From NCBI GenBank assembly GCA_951406725.2, contig OX597834.1, positions 39,742,001 through 39,806,000 on the forward strand: a DNA stretch of 64,000 nucleotides, read 5' to 3'. The position numbers and the translations under genes were made by a program. The notes beneath the pieces are model-generated. The model ran no database searches and was not told the origin of the DNA. It saw only the letters and a program-made list of their open reading frames with translations. This document shows positions 25,952 to 40,955 of the stretch, one piece after another. The stretch's first letter is position 1. Every line of letters starts with the position of its first letter. The stretch is from Octopus vulgaris (taxonomy: Eukaryota).

Positions 25952-27024
25952 TGTGTACATACCAGCCTTCCCTCTCCACATCACTGATGTTATCCAAGGG
26001 AAAGGCCAAGGGCCCGATACAACTTGGCACCAGTGATGTCGCAACTCATTTCTACAGCTGAGTGAACTGGAGCAACATGAAAATCGAGTGCCTTGCTCAA
26101 GAACACAACACACAGCCTGGTCCAGGAATCGAACTCACTACTGCATGATTATGAGCCAGATGCCCTAACCACTGAGCCATCAGCCTTCACATGTTCTGAA
26201 GCAAAAAAAAAAAAAAAAAAACTTCCGTTGTGAGCATGTGAAGAAAAGTTTTAAAATTTATGAACGGAAGAGTTAAAGTCTTTTAATTTTTGTTGGACAG
26301 ACCCAGAACATCAGCAGAGATGCATTTTGACACTTTCTTTCATCTCTTTCACTTAATTCAAAAACAGGAATTCTCTTGTCCTTTTCTTTTCTTTTTTTTT
26401 TTTCTTTTTTTTTTTTTGTCAAAGAAAGACTTCACTTACAACTTACATATTCTTTTCCCCCACTCCTCCACCCAATGCCAACGCCACCACCAATTCTTCC
26501 CAAATCTTCTGCAAAGCACTTGAGTGACAGGAGCTGCATCATCACAACAACATCGTTAGTCATTATTCACTTCCTCTTTCACTCTGAAAGAAGATACAGT
26601 ACTCTACAGCTGCTCGCAGTACAGTACTTTCTTTCTTTCTTCCCCCTCTCTCTCTCTTTTCTTTTCTCTTTCTCTCTCTCTCACACACCTCTTTCTACTC
26701 CATTTGTCATCTGTCTATCTATCGCTCTCTCTCTCTTACACACGAATGCACATACTCACAGACCTTTTCCTCTCTCTCTCTCTCTCTTTCTCACACTCAC
26801 ACACACAAATACACACACTCAGACCTTTTTTCTCTCTTTCTTTCTTTCTTTCTCTCTCTCTCACACACCCTGATCTTCACTTCTTCCTCTCTCTCTCACA
26901 CACATACACACACACAAATAAACAAACCCACACACCTCCACTTTCTACTTCCTTTCTCTCTCTCCCTGCCCCACCACACATAAATACACACACACACACA
27001 CACACACCACTTCTTTTTTTCTCC

Positions 27025-27060
<36 letters not shown>

Positions 27061-27189
27061 AATACATACACAAAAACACACAAACACACGCGCACAGATC
27101 TCTTCTCCCATTTTCTCTCTTCCTCACACACACACACAGACACACATAAATACACAATACACTCACAGACCTTTTCCTTCTCCTTTCCT

Positions 27190-27229
<40 letters not shown>

Positions 27230-27531
27230 TGTGCAGCCTCCACACGAGAGTGTCGTAAATAAAAGTACAGAATCTGTAATAACAGTGATTAGATAAAATC
27301 TGTTACTTTGGAGATGTTTCATTGTTGACGAGTTACAGAATTACGACCAATTAGGAGAGACGAAAATGGAATCCAGAAGAGAGACTTGCAGCAGAAATGT
27401 CATTCAAAGAATTCCTGCTAATTTACTGCTGACAATGCGACCCTCACTGCCTGCAGGAATCCCCTTACCTTGGGGAGTGGAGATGTACACACCCACAGCA
27501 GAAATGCATACATATGTATGTGAACACATTC

Positions 27532-27568
<37 letters not shown>

Positions 27569-27945
27569 AATATATATGTATATAAAGACACAAACACATG
27601 CATAACACAGAAACATACACATATGTACACACACATATACTTACATGTAAGCCTAGTACTTATTCAATCGGTTTCTTTTTGCTGGACCGCTAAGTTACAG
27701 GGGCCGTAAATACACCGGCATCGGTTGTCAAGTGATGTTGGGGGACAAAGACAGACACACAAACACACACACATACACACACACGTATATATATATATCT
27801 ACATATATACGACGGGCTTCTTTCAGTTTCCATCTACCAAATCCACTCACAAGGCTTTGGTCAGCCCGAGGCTATAGTAGAAGACACTTGCCCAAGGTGC
27901 CACGCAGTGGGACTGAACCTGGAACCATGTGGTTCGTAAGGAAGC

Positions 27946-27990
<45 letters not shown>

Positions 27991-28689
27991 GTATTATTGA
28001 GACAAGAAGGACAACAAATCACAGTGGAACCTAGTGTGATTTGAACTCTGGATCCAATGACCCACAGATCTAAATATCATTGTAGCACATATATTTCAAT
28101 AATCTTGTTGTTAGCATTGTTGTCTGCTCGTCTGAATGACTAGGAATTCTAAGGAAGTGACCCATATTTGATTCCTCCTGGAGTCTTATAATTTTTGTGT
28201 TCTATTTAAGCATTGTTTGGACTTCACAATAACGATGATAAAAATAATAATAATAATAATAATAATAATTGTAACAAAAGTAATTATCTGCTCATGCTGA
28301 ATTCTAATTATTTACTCAGGTTTTTTTTTTACTATTTAGTTTAACAAAATAAATAAAAAAATTATATTAATAAAAAAGATTAAATGCAATTAAGGAAAAA
28401 ATTGTAAATATATACAAAAAAAAACTAATACAAGTAGAAAAATCATCTAAAAAAAATATTGAATAAAAAAGTGAATTTCAGATTAAAAAATTGGAAATCG
28501 AAAGCATATATATATATATATATATCTATATATACACACAAACTTTTAGCTATATACCTCCTATCTAAGATAGCTAATATATACATATTGTATATACATA
28601 CATAGATTACACACATATATAGTTATATACTACCTGTCTATGTTACATTCATATGTGTGTACACAGCTCTCTCTCTCTCTCTCTCCACA

Positions 28690-28729
<40 letters not shown>

Positions 28730-28732
28730 ACA

Positions 28733-28772
<40 letters not shown>

Positions 28773-28828
28773 CCTATCTATATTTACATCTACATCTATC
28801 TATCTGTCTATCTCTCTCTCTCTCTCTG

Positions 28829-28874
<46 letters not shown>

Positions 28875-29013
28875 CTGTTCAATCTATCAGCTATGAATCA
28901 CCAATAATGTTCTATTTCAATTATCCTATCTATCTATGAATTCAACCTCTGTTTTACTCTGTGATTTTTGCTACTATATCTCTCTCTGATTAATCTACTA
29001 CAATATTAATATA

Positions 29014-29070
<57 letters not shown>

Positions 29071-29163
29071 CGTGCATAGGCACAAAGGAAATTCGCTCAA
29101 GCTTAATAAGTGATGGTAAACAGTTGCTTCTGATAATTGAGAAAAATTACAGGAAGTGTACGT

Positions 29164-29238
<75 letters not shown>

Positions 29239-30194
29239 TATAAAATGGAAAAAATATATACAAATAATAGGATCAAAATGTGTGTCTGTGTGTATGAGAG
29301 AAAGAGATAGAAAGATAGAAAGAGAAAACAATTAAATAATTGTGACGAAGGTATCTTAAAAAACAAATACAGCAGAATTGTATCCCATTGGTAGAAAAGA
29401 AATGACAATTTCTGCTTTGGTCTTCCGGTCATTTTCTTTAGGAATTATTTTGCCTTCGTTTTGATATTTTTTTAATTTATATTTAAGGCAGGTTTTTTTT
29501 TTGTTGTTATTCTTTTGTGTTTTAGCTTGGTCTGTGAAGTAGTGACGGAGAGGAAGAGGTTGTTTTTGCTTGGAGGGGAGATAATTGATGTGGAGGAGAG
29601 ATAGGGATGAAGGAGAGGAAGAAGAAAGGGGGAGAGAGAGGGAGAGAGAGAGAGAGTTACTCACACAGAAACAGAGAAAGATAGCGAGAGTGAAAGAGAG
29701 AAGAGAGTAAAAAGAGGGAGAAAGAAAGAAATAAGGAGACGGAGGGAGAGGAAGAAACAGAAAGTAGGAGGGGAAGAAAGAGAGATAGAGAGATACATAG
29801 AAAAGTGAGAAAGAGGGAGAGAAAGAAGGAGAAGGAAAGGAGAGAGAGAAAAAGAGAGAAAGAGGGGAAAGAAAAAGAAACAAAGAGAGAAAAGCAGAGA
29901 AAGGAAGCAAAAGAGAGAGGGAGAGGGAAAGAGAAATAGAGAAAAAGAAAGAAAAGTGAGAAAGAGAGAGGGAGGGAGAGAGAATAAAAAGTGAGAAAGG
30001 GAAGAGAAAGAGAAAGGGGGGAGGTAGGAGAAAGAAAAAGAAACAAGGAGAGAGGAGCAGAGAAAGGAAGCAAGAGGGGGAGAGAAGGGTGAAAGAGAAA
30101 GAGAGAAGAATCACCGAAATGCATAAGAGGGAGCATAGGTAAACCCCGCTTTGCTAGTACGCACCATACATATATCTTTCTTATCTCCCTTTGC

Positions 30195-30698
30195 TTTACT
30201 AGATTCAGTCACTGAAATGTGGCCATGCTGGGGCACTTCCCTGAAGGGTTTTAGCTGAGCAAATCAACCCCACTCTCACAAGAACTTATGTTTAAAGCCT
30301 AGTGTTTATTCTTTCGGTCTCTTTTGCCAAACTGCTAAGTGATAGGGATGTAAACTAACCAACACCAGTTGTCAAGTGGTGGTGGAGGGAACAAACACAC
30401 ACATATATACATACACACACATGCACATATATATATACACACACATATAGTATATATATATAAGTATACATACACACATATATGCATACACATATATGCA
30501 TGCACACATTTACATACACACACACATATATACAGACACACACGTATATATGTAAGCCTAGTAATTATTCTATTCGTTTCTTTCTGCTGGACTGCTAAGT
30601 TACGGGGACGTAAATACACCAGCATCGGTTGTCAAGCGATGTTGGGGGACAAACACAGACACACAAACACACACACACACACACATACACACACACAC

Positions 30699-30741
<43 letters not shown>

Positions 30742-30904
30742 CGATAGGTTTCTTTCAGTTTCCGTCTACCAAATCCACTCACAAGGCTTTGGTCGGCCCG
30801 AGACTATAGTAGAAGACACTTGCCCAAGGTGCCACACAATGGGACTGAACCCAGAACCATGTGGTTGGTAAACAAGCTACTTACCACACAACCACTCTGT
30901 GCCT
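30195..30904 (-). mobile_element. SINE-A copies (diverged tail fragment plus near-full copy 30552-30904)
   Basis: Same diagnostic blocks (GTTTCCGTCTACCAAATCCACTCACAAGGCTTTGG). Confidence 0.8.
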
Positions 30905-31504
30905 ATACACTAAGGTGAAAATTATTTTTCTTCATTTAACAAAAATTGATTTCTGTGAAATAAAATTCCAAAATTGATGGAGGAAAAATGTTAAATGTTC
31001 TGCAAGGATACAAGAAATTGCTGGAATAGAATGGCAAACATTGAAATTAATCACCTTCCATTCCCTGTTCTTAATTAACAAAGAGAAACACTTAAGACGT
31101 GTTTTATTTTTCTTTGATAAATAATCTAATGTAACCACACACATCGTTTTTACCTTAAAGCAATATGGCTCTCTCATTCTCTTTCTCCTTTTTGTTATTC
31201 CCCCCTCTCTCTCTCATATCTTTTCTTCTTTTTATCATTTCCCTCTCCCTTCTCTCTCTCTCTCTCTTTCTCTCCATATATACATTCATCCTATTTTATT
31301 CGTTCCATTGTTCACACCACTTTTATCCATGCTTTCCAAGATATATTAGAAGGTTCTGTAACACAGTTATTTTTTTGGCCTCCTGTTCCTCCTGCACCAC
31401 CTCCTCCTCTTCATCACCACCACTATCATCATCATCATTATCATCATCACAATCATCATCATCATTTACCACCAACACAACTACCACTGTTACCACCACC
31501 ACTG

Positions 31505-31808
31505 TTGCCCTACCCTCCATATTCACCAGATATTGCTCCTTCGGATTTCCACTTATTCAGGTGTCTGCAGAATAGTCTTAATGGTAAAAATTTCAATTCC
31601 TTAGATCACATAAAAAGATACCTTGATGAATTCTTTGCCATGAAACCACCTCAATTCTGTGAAGAGGGTATTTTCAAGTTAACAGAAAGATGGAGACGCA
31701 TTTTGCAAGAAAATGGTTCATATTTGGTTGATTAAAAATGTAATGGCAAGTATTTATTGCCCTTTTTCTTTCCTTTAAAAATCGGCATGAACTTTCCGGA
31801 CAACCCAA
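31505..31808 (+). pseudogene. Mariner (Tc1/mariner) transposase C-terminal relic plus right inverted terminal repeat
   Basis: ORF 31505-31735 reads LPYPPYSPDIAPSDFHLFRCLQNSL...EEGIFKLTERWRRILQENGSYLVD*. It contains the mariner YSPDLAPSD-type motif carrying the third catalytic Asp and the typical GI.KL..RW C-terminus. It is followed by AAAATCGGCATGAACTTTCCGGACAACCCAA|TA, a mariner-type ITR ending at TA. The 5' part is missing. Confidence 0.92.
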
Positions 31809-32513
31809 TATATGCAAATGTCTCAGGTAGCAAAACAATTTGCAAACTTATGAAACTAATGGTCATTCTCACTCTGCCATGCAACCTTGCAGCCTATTTA
31901 TTATTGTCTGCTGCCAATGATGAATTAATGACTAAGAATTACTAAGGAAGTCTGCTTATATCATTAGATGAAGATTCAGGAACTTCAATGGCCAATCTAC
32001 AACAGGCGATTGCTCAGCACGGAATACGCACCACTACCACCATCAGAGTAACCCCACTAAGGACAATAATACATAATTAATTAATCACTAATGAATGTGT
32101 GGGTGTGAAGTCATTAACATTTAACTATGGGTAGCCACAAGTGGGTTGGGTTCTGTGGAGTCCAGCTGCCCTAATTGTTGAAACTAAGGCTAAACTATTT
32201 CTCACAAACGCAGATGACAAAACAGTGAAAGATAACTACTTGAAACACCACTTAACTGATATATTACGAACCGTAAGTAGCAAAGAGGAGGTAACTCTTT
32301 AGTAATGTCAATGAAACAGGTCACATCCTGCTGGAAGACTACTCATGTTAAAGTATTGTGAATTTAGGTTAGAATTTCTGTGAGAGAATCTCTTGAAAAA
32401 GCGACAGCCCCAGTGCTAACAAAAACATGATTACTGTGTTAGTCAATGCTGTGTGGTTTTAGAATCTCTTCTGATTCATAACATTTTAGTTAACATATCC
32501 ACAAATAATAATG

Positions 32514-32556
<43 letters not shown>

Positions 32557-34007
32557 TCTTTTCTACTTTAGGCACAAGGCCTGAAATTTGGGGGGAAGAG
32601 ACTAGTTGATTGCATGGACCCCAAGGTTTCACTGGTACTTAATTTATCAACCCTGAAAGGATGAAAGGCAACAATAATAATAATGATAATAATAAATGCT
32701 CTGATGCTGTTCCAGGCAGTGGCTCTCATGGCTTCTGATCTTAACTAATTGGAAATATTAACATGGTTTGTCTTGGTGTAAAATATTCTGCTCAGTACCA
32801 CAGATTTGCTTGTCAATGATAATAATAATGATAATAACTTTCAAAGTTTGGCACCAGGTTAGCAATTTTAAAGAGAGGACTAAGTTGAATACATTGACCT
32901 CAGGGTTCAGCTGGTATTTATTTTATCAATCCTGAAGGGAAGAATGGCGTATAGTCAACCTTGGCAGCATTTGAACTCAGACAAAGTGCACAAAGCATTT
33001 TGTCCAGTGTGCTAATGATTCTGCCAGCTCACTACTGGAAAAACACTGGTTTCAAATTTTGGCACAAGGCCAGCAGTTTCAGGGCAGAGAGAGCAAATCG
33101 ACTACGTTGACCCCCAGTGCTCAACTGGTACAGATTTTATCAATCCGCAAGGCGGTGAGCTGGCAGAAACATTAGCCAGGCGAAATGCATAGTCGTATTT
33201 CGTCTGCCATTACGTTCTGAGTTCAAATTCCGCCGAGGTCGAATTTGTCTTTCATCCTTTGAGGGTCGATAAATTAAGTACCAGTTACGCACTGGGGTCG
33301 ATATAATCAACTTAATCCATTTGTCTGTCCTTGTTTGTCCCCTCTGTGTTTAGCCCCTTGTGGGTAGTAAAGAAATCGGTACAGATTTTCTCAACCCTGA
33401 AAGAATTAAAGGCGAAGTTGACACCAGCAGCATTTGAACTCAGAATGCCAAGATGGACAAAATGCTGCCCCAGCATGCTAATGACTCTGCCAACTTGCTG
33501 CTGGAATAACGATGACCGTTTCTACTTTCAGGCAGAGTTCACCATTTTTTTTTTAAGGGTAGGGGTAAAGTCAGACCAATAAAAGACTGGCAGGTCATGG
33601 CTGGAAACGACTTGTATCATAAGCTCGCTGGATCAAACCTGACCTTGGGCTACAAGACAACACGACTACAACAATATCAATGATGACAATGACAACACCA
33701 ACTAATCAAACGAACCATCAGAGAAAATGAACAACAGTAAATTCAATTGGTCAACAGACACTTCATGTCACTTGTTTCATTTAGCATGTATTAATGAAAT
33801 GCTCTAACCTAATTACACACACACACACACTCACACACACACACACACAGATAAAAAAAAATCAATACCTTAGCTATTCCCTTTTATCTATAGTCAGCAA
33901 AAATCATTCATAATTCATCAAAAACTGCGTCAGTCATAAATAATTTATGACGGCTTTTATTCTTCTATTTAATGTTTCTATATTTCGTTTCTCTTCATAT
34001 ATATATC

Positions 34008-34055
<48 letters not shown>

Positions 34056-35761
34056 TATACATGTGTGTGTGTGTATCTATATATATATATGTATATGTGT
34101 TTATATATATGTGTGTGTGTATATATATATATGTATGTATGTATAGTTAATCCAAACATGAACAAAGAGAAAACACAACAACATGAGTGATGACGTGGAA
34201 CAAGTATAGTATTATATATATACATACATATATATATTAACATGTGTGCCCAGGGGTCTTTGTGCCTGTGTACATTTGTGTGTATGTATATATGTAACGT
34301 GTGTGTGTGTGTGTGTGTGTGTTTATTTGTCAATGTCTTTCTCTTTCTATAAGAGTCCCACAGTGTAACAAATTGACATTTCAAAGCAAACATAGTTTTA
34401 TATCATGAATTGTCCTCACATCCAGACCCATTGTTTAAAGTAGCAAGGCATGACAGCCGCAACAATCCAAATAAAAGATTTTTTTTTATTTGAAAAGCAT
34501 GGCAATAATGGCAACAGTCCATCCTGTAAAGTATTTGGCATTAGGAAGGGCATCCAGCCAGCACGGACAGTGGAACTTGGTGCAGTTCTTTGACTTGCCA
34601 TCTCCTGTCAAACCAGCCACCCATGCCATCCACGAAGGACAAATATTAAATGATGATGGCAAATTTATTTTAAGGAAATTCATATTTTTTTTAACATATA
34701 TATATAGGTGCAAGTGTGGCTGTGATGTAAGAAATTTGCTTCCCAACCACATGGTTCCAGGTTCAGTCCCACTTAAGCACCCATTTCTTTACTACCCACA
34801 AGGGACTAAACACAGAGAGGACAAACAAGGACAGACAAATGGATTAAGTCGATTATATCGACCCCAGTGCGTAACTGGTCCTTAATTTATCAACCCCGAA
34901 AGGATGAAAGGCAAAGTCGACCTCGGTGAAATTTGAACTCAGAATGTAGCGGCAGATGAAATACTTATTTCTTTAGTACCCACAAGGGGCTAAACACAGA
35001 AAGGACAATATAGGACAAACAAATGGATTAAGTCGATTATATTGACCCCAGTGCGTAACTGGTACTTAATTTATCGACCCCGAAAAGATGAAAGGCAAAG
35101 TCGCCCTCGGTGGAATTTGAACTCAGAACGTAGTGGTAGACGAAATACTGCTAAGCATTTCGCCCCGGCGTGCTAACGTCTCTGCCAGCTTGTCACCTTG
35201 TACGATTGTAAGCCCATCATGTATATATCTATATAGATGAACACCTGATGACCAATGTTGGTGTGTTTACATCTCTGTAACTTAGCAGGTCACCAAAAAT
35301 GATTGATAGAATAAGTACTAGGCTTAAAAGAGAAGAACTGGGGTTGCTTCGTTCAACTAAAAATTCGAGATGTTGCCCCAGCGTGGCCACAGTCTAACGT
35401 CTGAAACAAGTAAGAAGTAAGATAAAAAAGATGCACATAATTGGGCGTGTCTAGACACAGGCATAGCTGTAGGGTTAAGAGGTCTGCTTCTCATCCATGT
35501 GGTCTTGAGTTCAATTCCACTGTGTGGCACCTTGGGCAAATGTCCCCTACTAAAGCCCCAGGTCAACCAAAGCTGTCCAAGCAAACTGTGTAGAGGAAAA
35601 CTGAAAGAAGCCACGACTGGTTGGTGCTTTTTATGTGCCACCGGCACAGAGGCCACGTGTCGGTAAAAACCGCCAACCGATCGTGGCTGTTGCCAGCCTC
35701 CCCTGGCATGTAAAAAGCACCATATATATATATATAAACACACACACAGATATACACACAG

Positions 35762-35796
<35 letters not shown>

Positions 35797-36466
35797 TGTA
35801 TAAATTGTTTCTGATGAAGTGCCAAACAAGCTCCGCTTGTTAAGTTATAAGAGTTTATCACATTTTATTAGGAGAATCACTTTATCATCATCATCAATAT
35901 CATCATCACCACCAACACCACCATCATCATGAACACCACCACCACCACCACCACCATGATGCAGTTACAGAGTTCCAGCTATTGATATGACAACAATGTA
36001 TATGAAACAAAGAAACCTATTTATTGTGCTGGAGGAGGCGGAGGTGGAGGAGGAGGAGGAGGAGGAGGAGGTGGAGGCAAGGTGAATTTCGGTGGGGGGA
36101 GGGAAGGCGGTATGGGGGTGGGGTGCCGGTAGGAGAGTGGGGGCCCCTTTCAATGGCTTCTGCTAATTCTATGATAAGAAAATAACTAAACCACAAAAAA
36201 AAAAAACCTCAGGTGTGATATATCTGACACCTGTGAAGTTGAACTGATAAAATTACAAACCGCATAATATAAACAAATAAATAAATAAACATAGACAGCC
36301 ACGTTGACAAAGTTGATAAATTCCAGAAAAACTGAGTCTCAATTTTTCTGTATGTATGTGTATGCCTGTGTGTGTGTGTCTATATATGTGTATATGTATG
36401 TGTGTGTATGTATGTATGTATGTATGTATGTATGTATGTGTGTGTGTGTGTGTATGTATGTATGCA

Positions 36467-36498
<32 letters not shown>

Positions 36499-37396
36499 CA
36501 TGTATGTGTGTGTATATGTATATATGTGTGTATGAGTATATGTGTCTATATGTATGTGTATATATGTGTATATGTATTATGTGTGTGTATGTATATATGT
36601 GTATATGAGTATATGTGTCTATATGTATGTGTATATATGTGGATATGTGTGTGTGCATGTGTATATATGCACTTATGTGTGTGTGTATCTATATATGTGT
36701 ATATGTATTATGTGTGTATGTATGTATATATGTGTGTATATATGAGTATAGATGTGTGTATAGATGTGTGTATATATATGTGTATGCATGTGTGTGCATG
36801 TGTATATATACATATGTGTGTGAGTATGTGTATATATGCATATATGTGTGCGTTTGTACATATATATTATATGTATGTGTGTGTGTGTGTGTATGCTATA
36901 TGTATATATTTAAAGATAACCTTTTTGTAAAAATGAACCAGTTAGAACGACACATCTGATTTAATTAAATAATAATACCTTAATATCTATCACTCTTGTT
37001 GTTACCTGTCTTATCTAAATTCTACACAGAACTACAGCGAACTTAAAGTGACAAATCTTGAAACATTTTAACCAAAATTAAGGTTTCTTCCTTACAAGGT
37101 GAATGATCCTGTTACCATCACTGCATCGTCATCATCATCATCATCATCATCAACACCTTTACCCCGACCCCCCCTCATCACTACCACCGCTTCTTAGGTA
37201 GGGAAATGGAGGAAAATTTCACATTGTTATATTGCTGAAGACTAGGTTTCTGGATTTATGGCTGTATGGCTGTGTGGTAAGGAGTTGCTTCCCAACATCA
37301 TGGTTCTGGGTTCAATCCTACAGCTTGGCACCTCGAGCCAGCCAAAGCCTTGCAAGTAGATTTGGTAGATAGAAGCTGAAAGGAACCAGCCCATAG

Positions 37397-37475
37397 CCCT
37401 CTGAAGATATTATGCTCAGGTCATATAAATATAGACTTAATATTTACTGAGCATTAATTGAAACAGCTGTAAGGG
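37397..37475 (+). ncRNA. Type-I hammerhead ribozyme motif, near-intact
   Basis: CCCU-CUGAAGA-UAUUAUGCUCAG...CUGAGCAUUAAUU-GAAA-CAGCUG-UA-AGGG; palindromic ACAGCUGU stem III, GUA triplet, U-U at 10.1/11.1. Confidence 0.75.
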
Positions 37476-37725
37476 AAGATAATTAATTAGCTGTTAATAA
37501 TAAGCAATTATTAACTTTCCAATCTCAATTTTCTTTTCTTCTTTTATATGTATATAAACTATATGTCTTTATATATATGCCTTATTATTTTAAAGAAATT
37601 AATTCCTTCCAAATACCAAGTATTGAACCAGTATTTCTTTGGATGAAACCATCCCTTCATGAGGTTAACACAACCTATGTACATATATGTATGTATATAT
37701 GCATATATTTATATATTATTTATAT

Positions 37726-37772
<47 letters not shown>

Positions 37773-37773
<1 letters not shown>

Positions 37774-37914
37774 CTCTTTTACTTGTTTCATATGTATATA
37801 AACTATATGTCTTTATATATTTGGTCTCTTTTACCAAACCGCTAAGTAACGGGGACATAAACACACCAGCATCGGTTGTCAAGCAATGCTAGGGGGACAA
37901 ACACACACACACGC

Positions 37915-37947
<33 letters not shown>

Positions 37948-38113
37948 TACAACGGGCTTCTTTCAGTTTCCGTCTACCAAATCCACTCACAAGGCTTTGG
38001 TCGGCCTGAGGCTATAGTAGAAGACACTTGCCCAAGATGCCATGCAGTGGGACTGAACCCGGAACCATGTGGCTGGTTAGCAAGCTACTTACTACACAGC
38101 CACTCCTGTGCCT
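37773..38113 (-). mobile_element. SINE-A copy
   Basis: Same diagnostic blocks. Confidence 0.8.
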
Positions 38114-38845
38114 ATATATATATATATATATATATATATGTTTACAACAGACTTCTTTCAGCCTTCATCTACTAAATCCTGGCTATTGTGACTGAACCCG
38201 GAACCATGAGGCCGGTAAATGCTAACTTCCTCCATATTCTATGATTTAGTGTCACACCAGTCACCTCTTCTTATAAAGTACAAAAGCAGAATGGGGGGAG
38301 AAGAGGAGGAGGAGGGGGGGAGAAACAGGGGTGGGGAATTCACCTGATGCCAGAATTGTGCATGACACATTATTGTTATTGTTTGCAACAAAAACACATG
38401 CACACACCCAGTAAACACAAGCATAAATAACAAACAAAACAACTACAAAAAAAAAACTCACAATAAACTAAAAATTTAAAAAAAAAGCATACACACGTAA
38501 ACACACACACACTGACAATAAACACAAACACTCTCATAGATTTGTGTTTAGAGATATATATACACGCAGCCAATGAAGAAAGCTAATTTGTCCAGAACGA
38601 TTTAAAAAAAAGGAGAGAGGGGGGGGAGAGGAAGGGGGAGGGGAGATAGAGAGGGAGAAAGGAGGGGGGAGGGAGAGGGGTGAAGAGAATAAAAAGCTGA
38701 ACATTATTATGTTACGTTGTTGGAACTTTAAAAATGTTGTCGTGAAGTATTTAGGTTAGGATCTTTTTTTTTTTTTCTGGATGAGAAACATAATTAGTTT
38801 ATTTGGTTGCATAACTTGGCTGGGTACAACTAGATCAGGACAGCA

Positions 38846-38926
<81 letters not shown>

Positions 38927-38930
<4 letters not shown>

Positions 38931-39138
38931 AAAAGTTCCTGGCTTTGGTTTAAAGAGAAAATACAGGAAGATCTGTTAATTATGATTTTGTTCAACGTAT
39001 TCCCCCTTCTCGCATTCACACTCTTATTGCAGTGCTCCTTCAGTTTTTCTAAGCCCCGTAAAAGATCTCGGAAGTTTGGGCCTCCAACCAGGCCTTTCAT
39101 GACATCCCTAAAGCCTAGAACTTTTCAACACCGCTTCA
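38927..39138 (-). mobile_element. Mariner-derived MITE (about 210 bp), copy 1
   Basis: Inverted ends GCTGAAAAGTTCCTGGCTTT / AAAGCCTAGAACTTTTCAAC, with TA at the right end. The minus strand encodes LRGLEKLKEHCNK..., resembling a mariner transposase C-terminus. Confidence 0.75.
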
Positions 39139-39447
39139 TATATATATATATATATACGTTCGGAAAAGCACCATCCGAACGTGACCGATGCCAGCGCCGC
39201 CTTGACTGGCTTCTGTGCCGGTGGCACGTAAAACGCACCAACCGATCGTGGACGCTGCCAGACTCCCCTGGCACCTGTGCCGGTGGCATGTAAAAAGCAC
39301 CCACTACACTCACGGAGTGGTTGGCGTTAGGAAGGGCATCCAGCTGTAGAAACACTGCCAGATCAGACTGGAGTCTGGTGCAGCCCCTGGCTTCCCAGAC
39401 CCCGGTCGAACCGTCCAACCTGTGCTAGCATGGAAAACGGACGTTAA

Positions 39448-39824
39448 ACATGGTTCTGGATTCAGTCCCACTGCATGGCACCTTGGGCAAGTGTCTTCTA
39501 TTATACCCTCGGGCCGACCAAAGCCTTGTGAGTGGATATGGTAGATGGAAACTGAAAGAAGCCCGTCATATATATGTGTATATATATATGTGTGTGTGTG
39601 TATATGTATGTGTGTGTGTATGTTTGTGTATCTGTGTTTGTCCCCCCAACATCGTTTGACAACCAATGCTAGTGTGTTTATGTCCCAGTAACTTAGCGGT
39701 TCGGCAAAAGAGACCAATAGAATAAGTACTAGGCTTACAAAGAACTAGTCCTGGGCTTGATTTGCTCAACTAAAGGCGGTGCTCCAGCATGGCCACAGTC
39801 AAATGACTGAAACAAGTAAAAGAG
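39448..39824 (+). mobile_element. SINE-A copy fused to the end of a SINE-C copy
   Basis: CATGGTTCTGGATTCAGTCCCACTG...GACTGAAACAAGTAAAAGAG. Confidence 0.8.
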
Positions 39825-40905
39825 TATTGTGTTAAAAAAAATGAACTGGGAGAGCACGTTAGATACTGTAGTCCTAGATAAACTATGTCTTGTGGTTATG
39901 GCTAGAGCATCCTTGATCATAGGTCTGTTGTATTTGGGTTGACCTAGGGCTAAACAACATCATCATCAACAACAATGATGATGACCATCACCGTCTCTTT
40001 GCATATATCCAAGATTTTCAAACAGAAGGAAGCCTTCCGCTTCACTTTTCCATTGTTGTTTGTTCCTTCTCAAGCCATGCCTGGCTCATAAGGGCCGGTT
40101 TCCTGGTTTCCTTGGTGTATAGGTTCCCTACCTGGACAGGACGCCGGTCTGTTGCAGGTGAGCTGCAAGATGCAGGAGGAAAGAGGGAGAGATGGAGTCA
40201 GCAGAAGTTTGCCATTACCTTCTGCCGGAGCTGCGTGGAGCTTAGGTGTTTCACTCATAAACACACACACATCGCCCGGTCTGAGATTCGAACCCGCGAT
40301 CTCTCGACTGCGAGTCCACTGCTCTAACCACTAGGCCATGTACCTCCACTTTTCCGTGGCCATCCATAAAAGAGGATGAATTACTTTAAAAAAAATAATC
40401 CTGATCTAGAAATATTTTGACGAGGAGAAGGAGGAGGCAGTGCTCCAGAATGGTCTGAGCAAACTACAGAACTAAAAGCCTTTGTTTGATTCTTTCTTCC
40501 TTTCTTCAATCTCATCCACTCATCTCTCCCAGAATCTATATCTTTTAACCAAGGGCCAGTTAGATCAAAAATACATAAAGACACATCATCTTAACCTCAA
40601 CATATGGAAACCTTGGAAATCCTGAACTCTCCCAGACTTCAAACAGAAACCAGAAATCCTTTATTTTCTTTGACAGATTTTTTTTTTGGGATTTTTTTCT
40701 TTTTGTTTTTCTCTTATTCTGTATTACATATTTACTTTATTTATTCATTTTTTTTTTTATTAAAGCTGCAAAAGAAAGCTGTTCTATTTGAAATGACGGA
40801 ACAATACAGTGATGACATCATTGTTAGACTGGCAGAGAAACAGCTACGGCAGTGCCGTTATAGAGCTTGCAGAGATAAGAGAGGCTTCTGGGAAACACAC
40901 ACGTG

Positions 40906-40949
<44 letters not shown>

Positions 40950-40955
<6 letters not shown>

